Below are positions 26,201-38,005 of a DNA stretch of 64,000 nucleotides, piece by piece. How positions within the stretch are numbered: the first letter of the stretch is position 1; the number at the start of each line of letters is the position of its first letter. Both the position numbers and the translations under genes were made by a program. Origin of the DNA: Paragordius varius (lineage: Eukaryota; Animalia; Nematomorpha); assembly GCA_964247055.1 (NCBI GenBank), contig OZ176052.1:8618001-8682000 (forward strand). Direction: 5' to 3'. The notes beneath the pieces are model-generated. The model searched no databases. It was not told the DNA's origin and saw nothing but the letters and a program-made list of their open reading frames with translations.

Positions 26201-29200
26201 ACCACAATGGTTCACTTTTCTGACTTAGAAAAAAGATAAATTTTAATCGCATAAAGTTGGTTAAACATTAACAGAGGTATGTAGAGTGTGGATATTTATT
26301 TGGTTCTCTCATAATGCGACATAAAGGGAATATTTAATTGTAATGTATAAAAAAATTTTAAAAGACATATTTTATACTTAATGATCTCGAATAAAAGATA
26401 TTAATATAGCAAACCCTTTAAAACAACCAAAAATCTATCTTTCTTTAAACAAAGTTTTAATAATAAGTTGGATTAAAACTTTTGAACTATAATATAATTT
26501 ATTTAATTCTCTATAATAAAATATCTATGTCTTAATATAAAATTTCTAATTTCCTATTTTCCAAAGTTTTGTTTCAAAGTATTTATTTCAAAAAACCTGG
26601 GTGTTGCATATTTGGTCCACCAATCATAGGTGGTAATTGTTGTTGAGATGAATTGCTGTTGTTGTTGTTGTTAAAGGGATGCATTTCAGTCATGGAAGAA
26701 TGATGACCTGAATGTCCGTGTAAGATTGGACCACCTCCATTGCTTAATAAAATCGCCGGTAAAATTAATATATTTTTGCAAAAAAATTAATAATATTTTA
26801 AAATAATTAACTATCAAAATTATACCAGTTAATATCAATTAATTTTGTGTGACAACATTTAATTTTATTCTTTTACTACAAATGTTGAATAAGGAATTCT
26901 GAGTGAAACAAAATAATAAATCAAGTCGTTTTCATTCCAAATCAAAGTTGATTGTTTAACAGTATTTAAATTCGATTATAAATACTGATAAGATAAAGTA
27001 ACACCCATTTATTTCACAAACCAATTTTTAAATAAAAAACTTACCCATTCGAATTGTTATTAGAATTGGGCATGAAAGAAAGTGGGGGCCCATTTGACCC
27101 CATCATTGGCCCTCCGGGGTGATGGTGCAAAGAGGGCGGGCCTGTGCCCATATGCGGTTGAGGATTATTATTATTTGGGTGATGGTGTTGCAAAGAACCT
27201 AGAAAATTAGTAAAAATATTTATCAAAAGCTCTTATCAAAAATTAAACTTATATATTTGTGACAGTTTTAATATATAACCAGTCAAATTTTTGACCTTAT
27301 GCTTATCATGTTTTATTAATCTAGATAATATAACGGTATTATAAAACCTTTAATTCACAAAATTTCTGTTAATTGTCATTCATATAAAAGTAATTTAATT
27401 AGTCACAACTTATATTCTGCATTTTAGCATATAGTGAATGGTTGTAGATTATTACATTTATTAGCGGCGATGGTTTTTATTTTTAACCTTATGCACAAAA
27501 ATTGATTATATTAGATATATTTTTATCTTGTTTCAACCTGGAAAATGTTGTTGATTATTTCCAAAATGTCCAATAGTTCCCATGGGCGGTCCGTTATTGT
27601 TGGCAGAATTTGGGCCGCCTTCTCTGCCATTATTAGTGTTTGGGTTATTTGGATTCATAGAGGAATTTGGTAAGGGTCCATTACCAGGAGGATACTAAAA
27701 AATATATTTTTATATTTTTAATACAGTTTTTACATAAAATTGAAAAAGTAGAACGAATAAATTAGTTATCCTACACAATCCTTAATTCGCACAAAGTTTT
27801 TTTCGCCGAAACCTGATAAAATGGCCTAATTTAGGGAATTATTTTATTCAATTAGTATAGAAAAATTAACAAGGTTTTATGCCCATACCTGTCCATAAAT
27901 AGTATTAAAAAACGAAAAAGTTTATATTCCACAAAAACAGTTAAGAAATAGGTCGACGCACAAGAATTGCATGACATGGTTTATATTTTCACTTCATGGT
28001 TAAAGATATTGTGTGACAGATTTATCAAACGAAAACAAAATAATGAGTTATATATATTGTATTAGAACGAAATTAATTACCATATTTTTCATCATCATAT
28101 CTGAATTATTATCTTGGGGACTTGGCATTATGTTTGGATTGGAGCCTGAACCCTGTTTGTTTTTTTCAAAAAAAAATACAAATTAAATAGGTTAAACGTA
28201 AAGCGGTTATTTGTTTCAAAAAGATTTTTAAACGAATAAAAGATAAAAAGATATGGTTTAGCTGTAATTTAAACTTAACTTACATGAAACATGGGTGGTG
28301 GTGGTGAATTCGATGTGGAAAAATTCATCTTGAATACAAACAAAAGATTTGTAAAATATAATACAAAAAAACAACATTTCATTGCGATAATGTAGCTATT
28401 AAAAAGAAAAATTGTTTTGCATTAATAATGAGAAAATATCATGTCCTTTGAAACAAACTGAAATTGAAAACAGTAAATCAAATAAAAAAAGTATCCATAC
28501 ATTTATTCCATTTCCACCGTTTGTGGAACCGGCGGGCGGCCATCGTGCTTGAGAACCAGGGTGTGGAGGTAAGCGCTCCCTAAATAGATTTATAATTTTT
28601 TAATTTTTTAGTAAATCATAAATCTAAATAAAAAAATATAATTATTATAATTATTCGGCATCGATAAAATATGACAAATGTGTTTTTTAATTCATTTGTT
28701 GTTTATAGAAGCGCATATATATACAAAATTTGCAAAATTTTATTTTTTTTATTTACAAAACAAAGAAAATAGATGTGTTATAAAATTAAGTAAACGTTGC
28801 TATATTAAAAACTTTTGTTAAGTTATTTATCAAAATAGGTTACAAAAATTTTGTTGATTCTAAATTAAAACTTACATTCTCATTGGTGAACAATAGTTTG
28901 GAGGAGTCATATGACCCATGGGTGTTCTAGAACCTAATAAACCTCTTGGCATATTGTTAGGCGGGCTCATACGAGGTTGCACTAAAATATTTTTTTAAAA
29001 AAAATCGAGGTCATTTAATAAAATTTTAAATAATTATATAGATTGAAATAAAATTTAAAAATTTTCAGCTTAAGTGAAAGTTAAATTTCTAGTGACAATG
29101 TATTTATTAAATATATATTTAGCGGTAAAAAAATTATTTCATTTAAAATATTTTATTAAAAAATTAGACTCATTATGAATTAAAAAATGATCATAAATGT

Positions 29201-31488
29201 AAATATAGTTAAAATTCATATTTCACAAAAATAATTGCACACTTTCGATTTCGATCTAATTAAACACACTAGATCTAAAAATTAAACAAAATTTAAACCA
29301 TTAAATAAATTAACAATGGTGATTTAATTCCGTATTTTTTATGAGTGCAAAAATAAGATATTAAGATATCAATGTTAAATTTTTGATATAACAAAAAAAT
29401 GTTAAATGATTTACTTTGTCGGGGATCCATATTATTCATCATGGGATGACCACCCATAGAATTTGGCGGTAGGTGCTATTATTATAATAATAATATTTAA
29501 GATTTAAAAATATATAATTTTAAATCGAAATAGAAATTAAATAAATAATTTCAAATCGAATCCAAAATAAAATAAAATTACATTAAATTCGTTGGGTGGC
29601 ATACGAAGGGGCATTCTTCCACCCCCATACCGAGGTGACATGTAATTCTATTGTTTTAAATTATTACGATATAAATGTTAATATATACCATTTACAGTTC
29701 GAATTCACCCTCGAATAATTCAAATTAACCCTAAAAATAAATTAAGTGTTTTCGGGATAATATAACTCATCATTACTATTAAATATATTTTTACGACATA
29801 GTTTAATATTTTTTCAGCATTATATTAATTTTAAACAGAATTTCATATTTTAAAAATATTAAAAAATAAAGGTAATTTTTAATCTAAAAAACACATAATT
29901 TATTTTAGGGTAAATTTGAACTGTAAATGGTATATATTTATAGTTAAGAATTATATTATTGGCTAAAAAGTATTGTAATTGGCATAAATAGGGCTACAAA
30001 ATTCCAGATTGGTTTTTCTTTGCTTAATTTAGACATGATCATATATGTATAGTTAAGGCAGATAAGGGAAAAATAATTTAACATCCATAGAAAACAACAA
30101 ACTATTTTTCTAGGCGCAAATTAAAAATCTTTTTAGCCAATAATAATTTTTTCTAAACAGATATTAATTTGTGTTCATTAGGCTAAAAAATGTTTTACCT
30201 GGGCTCCGCCAGGTATAATTTGGTTGGGTCCTAGCGGAAGTCCCCCTTGGGGGTTCAAAGGTGACGGTTGAGAGGATTGATGAGGAGGCGGTGAAGGTCT
30301 TAAACTTGAATTCTAGTAGGAAAAAAATATAAATCAAAATAAAAAGTAAAATAATTTTGTAATTTAGATAAAAATATTAAGAATTAAAGTTTTTAGTTAA
30401 AATGTAAGCTGTTTTTGTCTCTGGTTAATGTTTTCCATATTTTTGGAAAAAAAGGTTCGGACAATAAAAAATAGCCAAAATTTCGTTCTGACTCCATTAT
30501 TTTATGGTCAAATGGTAATTATTTTCACTCCATTTTTACTTTCACAAGGATTGGCTTATAGTCACAAATAGATGATCTAGAACAGATAGGCCAACTCGCT
30601 GCCCGCAAAAAATTTGGAAATCCATAAATTATAAAAACATGCTCACAAAATTTTAATTAAATTGATATTTCTAGATATTTTTTCTATATAAGTCTATCTA
30701 ATTGGCAAGAACTAGAAAGAATTGTTACATTGTGTTTGCATTTTCCAGTTTAATGTTTAAAATTTAATAAATTCCTTATGAATGCCCATATATATTTAGA
30801 ATGCGGCCCGCTGTCAGTTTTTTGAGTCGAAAATGCGCCCCATAAAGCCATTGTTGGACATCACCATATGTAATTTTTATCTAATCATTCGTTAAAGAGT
30901 TGTCCCGAAAAAAACATCTCTTTTAATTCTTTTCTCCATGTCCTTCTATTATGAGCTAAATCTAATTTATGTTGCGCTAAATTTTCTTGAGTTGTCGGTA
31001 GTTAGGTTTTATGAAATCTGCCCGCTTTATGTGCAATGACTTTGTAATGTATCCTTGTTTTTAGTACGTTGAACAGTTCTCTACAATGTATACGACCCGC
31101 CCATCTTAACCTACCCATTTAAATGACATAGACTAATCTTAATTGTGCACCTTGTGGAGATTAGGGTTATTGTGTAATTAAACTTCTTGAGATTGTGCAA
31201 TTACAAGATTGTAAAATACTTTGGTTCCGAAACAGTTTCAATTCCAATCCCTTAATGTAAAGTCTCCTTGTCAAAAAAATAAGCTATTTTTTGATACTTA
31301 ATATAAGGTAGTTTGTTACAACACTACAACCTACGCATGCCTTTTACAATGAAAGAAATAATCAATAATTTATTTTCAAAAAAAAAATCATATAAGAATT
31401 TTACCAATTTGTACGACACTTGGTGACATAATGTTCGTTTATATATATATTTTGTACTAATATGTAGTATCTTATAACAATATTGTTG

Positions 31489-31525
<37 letters not shown>

Positions 31526-34500
31526 AGTTATAATCATTTATATTTTGTAGTGTAAAAACAAATTTTTTTGCTGATATAGAGATGGAAAAATCAATAATTA
31601 AATATATTTTATACAAGGATCAACATCATCATGGTTATCTATATATATATCAGTTTATAACTATTAATTCTTTTTTTCTCACTAAGTACCACAATAGATG
31701 TATTGGGAAATTTTCAAATTAAAAAGTTAATACTGTAATGTTTATTGTATAAAGATAAAACACATATTGTAAAGTGGAGAAGTATATAAGTTAATTAGTT
31801 TAAAATATTAATTATGACTGGATATCTACTTATTTACTTACTTAAAAGTAATACTCCCACAGATTTAAAACAAATTAAATTTATATAATAATTTAGTTTT
31901 GAAATTTAAAGAGAAATAAAAATTACTGGAAAAAATCCAGGTGGCATTGGAGCACCAGGACCTCCCATTTCATTGTGACCTAAAGGCCCGATTGGGCTAG
32001 GTGTGTTTGGGTTCTATAAAATAAAATGGATATGATAAATCTACGATAATTTTTGACAAATTTTACAAAATTTATTAAAAGGCATTGCTATTGAATTATT
32101 ATGTATGCTCTAAAACTGAAACAAATTCAGAAAATAGGCTTTTACATAATGAAATAAAAATTAGTTAATGTTAGGTAAGTGTGAAGTTAACTAAAAATAC
32201 GAAAAAACACTCACATGAGCTATTCCATTGATAGGGTATCCAGAATTGACAAAACCCTACAATTAATAAGTATAAAATATATTAATATACATGATTAAAA
32301 AATTAAATATAGATAGTATAATAATACAATATCTAAAAATTAAATTTTTTTTAATTTATAAATCCAAAAATTTTTACATAATCATGGAAGGCTTTGGCTT
32401 CATTACTATGTTCACAAGATTCTCGCCTTTCGGGTGCAGCGCAATATAGATCCCAAAATACACTAAAAGTAAAATTGTAAAATATTTTTTTTAGTATTTA
32501 TAACTAATGAATAAAATGATCACATATTTATAATTAATTAATAATAAAAAATATATAAATAATTATTTTAAAAGTATTTCAAAAAAGTATATATTACCAC
32601 CACCAAGAATGCAAAAATCCTGGCGGTTCACCCAACGTTATATTTTTCTCCCATCGAATCTAAATGAGTATTTAAAAATATAAAATCATCAAATTTTTTG
32701 GATATGAAAAATTTAGATATAAATATGACCGTGATAAAACATAAATTGATTTATATCTAACCTAAATACATTTGATAAACGAATCTATAGGGGAGAAGAT
32801 TTTTTGTAATTAACAAGTTTATGGCTCTGTTTGGCTAAAAAGGTTTATTGTTTATACCTTTAATTAAATGTATAAAGATAAAACTCAACATAAAAAGCTT
32901 ACTCATACTTCAATAATTCCAAAAAAGGTCATAGTGTGAAATTGAAATCATAGAAAGGTTTTAAAAATATTTTGACGAAAACTCTTCAAATGCAATTAGT
33001 TTTACGTTAAATTTTAACTAAAATTTTCGAAAATTAAACCATGTATTCAGAATTAACTTGGGCTCGTCAAGAACAAATATAAAAAACGGTATATGGCAAG
33101 AGGTAGAAAAAGTCTGCGTTATAAATATCAACTAACTTAGTCTTAGTGCTATTACGAAACCAAAGGTCTTATGATGAGTTATTCATAGAATATCAAGTTA
33201 TTTGAATAAATGCTATTTTAAGAACAAAAACCTCCGCTTTTTTCTTGTTATGGGGGTCATTATCTACAATCATTCTTAAAAAAATTAATTTATAACACAA
33301 CCCCTAATTTGGCTGAGAGTGAAAATATACTTGGATAATAAATTGGCTAATTATACAGGCTTAAAAAACCTAATAAAATAAAACATCCCAAAATAAAACC
33401 CTTTAAAAATAAAAAAATAAGATTTATCAATGAAAATATTTACTTCGGAAAGGAATGTTTGAGCTGCTTTTTGAGCGCCAACGTGCAATAAATATTCATA
33501 GACATATAGGGCCAATCTAAATAATTTCCAAAACAACAAATTTTAATTTTTTAAAATATATAATTTTCAACAATAATTTAATGGTAATGAACGGATTGGT
33601 TATTTTTGTAATAACAGTTGTTAAAATCCGTAATTTAATGATAAAGGATAATTAAATAGAATTAAATGAAATTATAAATAGAAATTATAAACGATATGTG
33701 AAACCCTTCGTCAATAGTAATCGCAGACTAGTTTCGTGCTTGTTAGCACTCATCAGTACGACACAACTATTTGACTTGGGGTTTTCACATATCGATTTCG
33801 TATATATATCCAACTTTGCAATTTTGGTATAAATGCAGTTGGTTTTACGAATTTAAATTAAATTTAATGTAATTTATGAAAATTAAACTGAAAATTTGAA
33901 AATAAACTGAAAATTAACTCTAGGAGTGAGCCTAGATTTAGAGTATAGCTACTTAGGGATTTCATAGAAATCAATTTAATAACTAAGAAGCACTCTATTA
34001 TGATAAGAAACATAAGATAAAGATGATATTGTAATGGTAATGAACGGATTGGTTATGTTTTGTAATAACAGTTGTTAAAATCCGTAATTTAATGATAAAG
34101 GATAATTAAATAGAATTAAATGAAATTATAAATAGAAATTATAAACAATATGTGAAACCCTTCGTCAATAGTAATCGCAGACTAGTTTCGTGCTTGTTCA
34201 TCAGTACGACACAACTATTTGACTTGGGGTTTTCACATATCGATTTCGTATATATATCCAACTTTGCAATTTTGGTAAAAATGCAGTTGGTTTACGAATT
34301 TAAATTGTTCATCTTGAAAAAAAAGGCAAAAAATAACTAATAATGTTTAAAAAAAAAGTTAATAAAACCAAAATAAAATAAAGTTTGATGCATGATCCAA
34401 CTATTAAGTATCATATTGAGTCTGACCGGTATCGTTATATGACCATGACTGTGACCGCTAATAAAAAACCAAACATTTTTGAACAACACAACACTTGCTA

Positions 34501-37333
34501 TAAATTAATAAAATACAAGGATAAAACTGATATTCAATGCCAAAAATATGAAATTTAAAATTAATTCTACAACATGTACATAATTCCGATTATGGTATAT
34601 ATTCACTGGTTAAACTATATATGACAATATTTTTGAGCAATCAAACGAGACATTTTTGTTGGAACAGTCAAAAACGTAACCCTATTTCGTCAAGTTTATT
34701 TTGAAAAAAATAGACTATAAAAGAATAAAAAATTATAAATTTTCTCGGTTTAATAAAATTTAGATTTAGGCAGACGAATCCTCCTTATGCGAAAAAATAA
34801 CAATAATTTACTATAAATACATTTTTTTCAAAAGCCTCGGGCATATAAAATTTAACATCGTAAAGAGTGAGCCAAAAGTTAAACAGTAAAGTTTTATTCA
34901 AAAATATATAGATTATTGAACCCTTCAAAAATCCTAAATTTTTCTAAAGATAAAAAACGGCTTGACAAATAACATGTTTAATTTATTTTATATATCAATT
35001 AGTTTTGAAACCAGATTTTAAAGCGAATAAATTCAAATATCCAATCATTATGGAAATATGTATTAACTCTGTTAAATAACTCATTACTTATACTCTTTGA
35101 AATATTCTGAGTTAAAAACATAGGTTGGATATTTTTGTCATAAAATCGATATATATAATATAAAATGATATTACATAAGGATAGATTATTAAACAAACGA
35201 AACAAATATATTTACCATCATAAATAAATTATTAAAATTAAATATAAAACTTATGGATTTTCGATAGGGTGCATAATACAAAACTTTTAAGTAAGAATTT
35301 TTAATATGGTATCACCCTAAATATTTAACTCTTAAGATGACAAATATTTTAAAAAACAGAATCTACGGTTAAATAATACATTGGTTTATACTGTCGATGT
35401 TAGAGTATCTCGTTGTTTTAGCTTTTCATTATCGAGAACAAAAAGCGTTCCGCTAAGCATAACAAAAAAATAAAATCGAAATCTCTAGATCAAGCATTTT
35501 ACAGAACTTAACAAATCATTTCATAACTTTAAAAGCAATATCCGGTGTATACGGTAACTGAAAACAGCGATTCGAAAAAAAAGGATTCGTATGTATCAGC
35601 GTCTTTTCTAATAAAAAAAGAATTTAAGTAAAATTATCACAGGGTTGTAAAACGAAAACAATGTTGATAGCCTAGCAGCAGATACCTTATAAGTTTTTGA
35701 ACCAATGATATCATTAATGGATCTTTTACCTATTAATTAGGATATAGTCGTTTGAATGACGGCCTTAATATACAAAGACATAAAAATAAATCTTAAGCTA
35801 AATACTTGGAATGTCGCAAAAATTGTAATAGTATTTCTTAAACATCAAGTTAGAGGTGTGAATATAAGGTCATTACTTTTTTAATACTATTACTTGTTCG
35901 GATTGCTGCAAAATATTTATGCATCTTAAACTTACAATAAAACAATAATTAGGTCTGCCCATCTTATCCTAAAGAGTTTAATTGTTTTTGTGGCTAACAA
36001 GCTCCCAGAAATGGGAAGTAAAATATTTTTTAGTCAATATTTTTTCAAATATCATATTTTCATTCGCAATCGAATGAGCTTATTCACAACCAAAAGATTC
36101 ACCTATTAGATCAGTGGTGTCTAACACAAATATCTTCGCGATTGCTTCGATAATTTTGGGTTAATATTATTTATTTTGCGCCCAATTTTGGATGATATGT
36201 CTTCTAATTAATGCTAAATTTTTGATTGGAATCCAATTTTTTATTTTTTTAACATTTTTTAGAGCACTTTTGCGTAAAGAAAAAAGCGTGTTGAACATCT
36301 CTATATTAGATAAAGGTAAAAAATATGACTTCAAAACATTATTAAGAAGCACGTAAAATAAAATCACCACTTGCAATGATGAAACATCTTCCAGAATTTT
36401 GGATAAATAACAATATATACGGTATATTAAAAAGACAATTTGATAGCGGTATTTACATTGTTTTGGCGCAAGAAAAAGTATATATATAAAATTGGATAAT
36501 TCCATAATAGTCCTTGAAATATCTATTTATGGCTGCGAAAGCTACTGGGTCAGAAAAAAAGATCGAAAATTTTACCTGTTGAGAAATTTGGTTGGCGCAT
36601 ACTACTCGACAAATATAACTACTAATCCCCAATCTGAATTCTGAACTCAAGAACAATATTCTAAGGAAGATTGACCAACTTAAGTCAAGTTATTCATTAT
36701 AACAACTTAGATAAATTAAGAATGTTAGGTGTCCCAAAAGGTACTCAAAAAAGAACCACCAAGAAATATATCAACACAACAACTTATCGACAACATTAAT
36801 TTCCCCATCTCCAAATTGGTGAATTTACCCTAAGATTTATCATCCTATAAAAATTTGCATATAACCAGTTTATTTAAAGTTAGTGTTTATTCATTCGAAA
36901 ATCCAAGTATGGAAATAATGTTAAAAAACTATAATCGGTGTTAAAACAACATTAGCAAATGAAAATCGGTTTTTTGAAGTAAATAATCGATTTTAAATAC
37001 ATAAATTTTAAAAAAATAATTTTCAAATTTTCGTTCTCGTTGTGCGAAATATCGGTTTTTAAAATTGTCAAAGAACCGGTTCTTTATAAGCCAACCAAAC
37101 GATGAAAAAAACAGTTTGCAAAGAGTTTTAAAGCAAATTTGATATAAAAATTTACTTTTGCTATAAACCATTGTGTATAAACGTAAAATAATCAACGAAA
37201 AAAAAGTTTTAAAACAATAAGTTTGTAATGTTTTATTATTTTTCAAGGTCCTGCTCTCTCACACAATTCGACGACATTAACATTTATACATGTGTTAACC
37301 TATAATGTAAAATTAAAGTATTCTTATTTTGAA

Positions 37334-37376
<43 letters not shown>

Positions 37377-38005
37377 AAATTTGAGGGATTTAAACGTAAA
37401 TCACTGTATTAACTGTATAAAATGTGTATGGATATCTTTGTTTTCTAACAATTTAATAAAAGATAAACTGTCTTCCATTCATAAAACTTTCAAAATGGGT
37501 TTTTTTTACCCAAACCCTTAAACTTAAGCTGCAAAATAAATCGCTATTCAAACAGAATAGATATGGATCAGCTAAAAAATGTATTAATATTTTTATTGTA
37601 TATTATAAATATTCACAAATTTTTAAAATAATTTTTGCAAATACATGGGCAAAAAGTATAAAAATCAGATTTTTAAGAAGCTAGATAATTAAAGGAGGAA
37701 GTTTCAAAAATATTAACAGTGATAAAAAGCATAAAACCATTAGCATGAGTTGATTGGAAACGTTTATCAAAATTATGAATCCCCAAACTAAAATAATTGA
37801 AAACAAAAATTCCTATTTTTAAATTATAAACCATTTGTAAACTTTTTAAACAAATTTAAACCTTAAATTATAAAAAAACAAATAAAAAATTGGCACCATA
37901 TGGTTTTAGCTTGTGATTGCAAATAGTTTTATATTACAATAAAAAATACTTTTCTCTAGCTTGAGCGTCGGAAGGTACATTGGTACCTTTACCCTTCGAG
38001 AACAT
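23259..38005 (-). CDS. SSBP: Single-stranded DNA-binding protein / Ssdp (LDB1 cofactor), ~19 exons
   Basis: [19 protein letters not shown]|[24 protein letters not shown]|[21 protein letters not shown]|[28 protein letters not shown] (LUFS/LisH domain), then G/P/M/N-rich exons, then last exon [24 protein letters not shown]...FFMS*, resembling invertebrate Ssdp. Intron 1 is 33517-37949. Confidence 0.95.
23599..24592 (+). mobile_element. Internally deleted hAT transposon carrying a transposase C-terminal dimerization-domain remnant (last intron of SSBP)
   Basis: About 85-bp TIRs with GAACCG subterminal repeats; right end ...ttccaagccctg (CAGGG-type). Internal LDSRFK...[15 protein letters not shown]...[21 protein letters not shown]. 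Confidence 0.8.
29684..29934. mobile_element. MITE (21-bp-array family), complete TIRs, in SSBP intron
   Basis: tataccatttacagttcgaattcaccc ... gggtaaatttgaactgtaaatggtata, flanked by TA. Confidence 0.85.
30585..30865. mobile_element. hAT-like MITE (CAGGGGTGTCCAA family), degenerate, in SSBP intron
   Basis: Shares ggcaagaactagaaa..gtgtttgcatttt..gcccat..aatgcggccc..aagccatt..ttggacat with 57868-58083 and 45064-45307. Confidence 0.6.
30900..31270 (-). mobile_element. Decayed LINE 3' fragment
   Basis: Minus strand encodes GRLRWAGRI, the RL.WAGH..R motif typical of RTE/L2/CR1 ORF2 C-termini. Confidence 0.5.
31491..31520. repeat. (AT)n microsatellite
   Basis: 15 AT units. Confidence 0.95.
33720..33762 (-). 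ncRNA. Type I hammerhead ribozyme (intact core)
   Basis: Minus strand GTCGTA-CTGATGA-GTGC-TAACAA-GCAC-GAAA-C-TA-G-TC^-TGCGAT: 6-bp stem I, CUGAUGA core, 4-bp stem II, GAAA, short palindromic stem III (ACUAGU), GUC cleavage triplet. Stem I extends into a long hairpin spanning 33692-33794. Confidence 0.88.
34174..34210 (-). ncRNA. Defective hammerhead copy (6-nt deletion removes one stem II strand)
   Basis: GTCGTA-CTGATG-AACAA-GCAC-GAAACTAGTC-TGCGAT; identical to copy 1 except for loss of plus-strand AGCACT. Confidence 0.75.
37337..37374. repeat. (TA)n microsatellite
   Basis: 19 TA units in SSBP intron 1. Confidence 0.95.

Larger units (their letters stand above)
33580..34305 (-). mobile_element. 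Two ~280-bp direct repeats (33580-33860, 34032-34305), Penelope-like pseudo-LTR / retrozyme-like unit
   Basis: The two copies are near-identical and each carries a hammerhead motif; period 454 nt. The spacer has a weak GIY-YIG-like tail ([10 protein letters not shown]...[11 protein letters not shown]). Confidence 0.65.
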
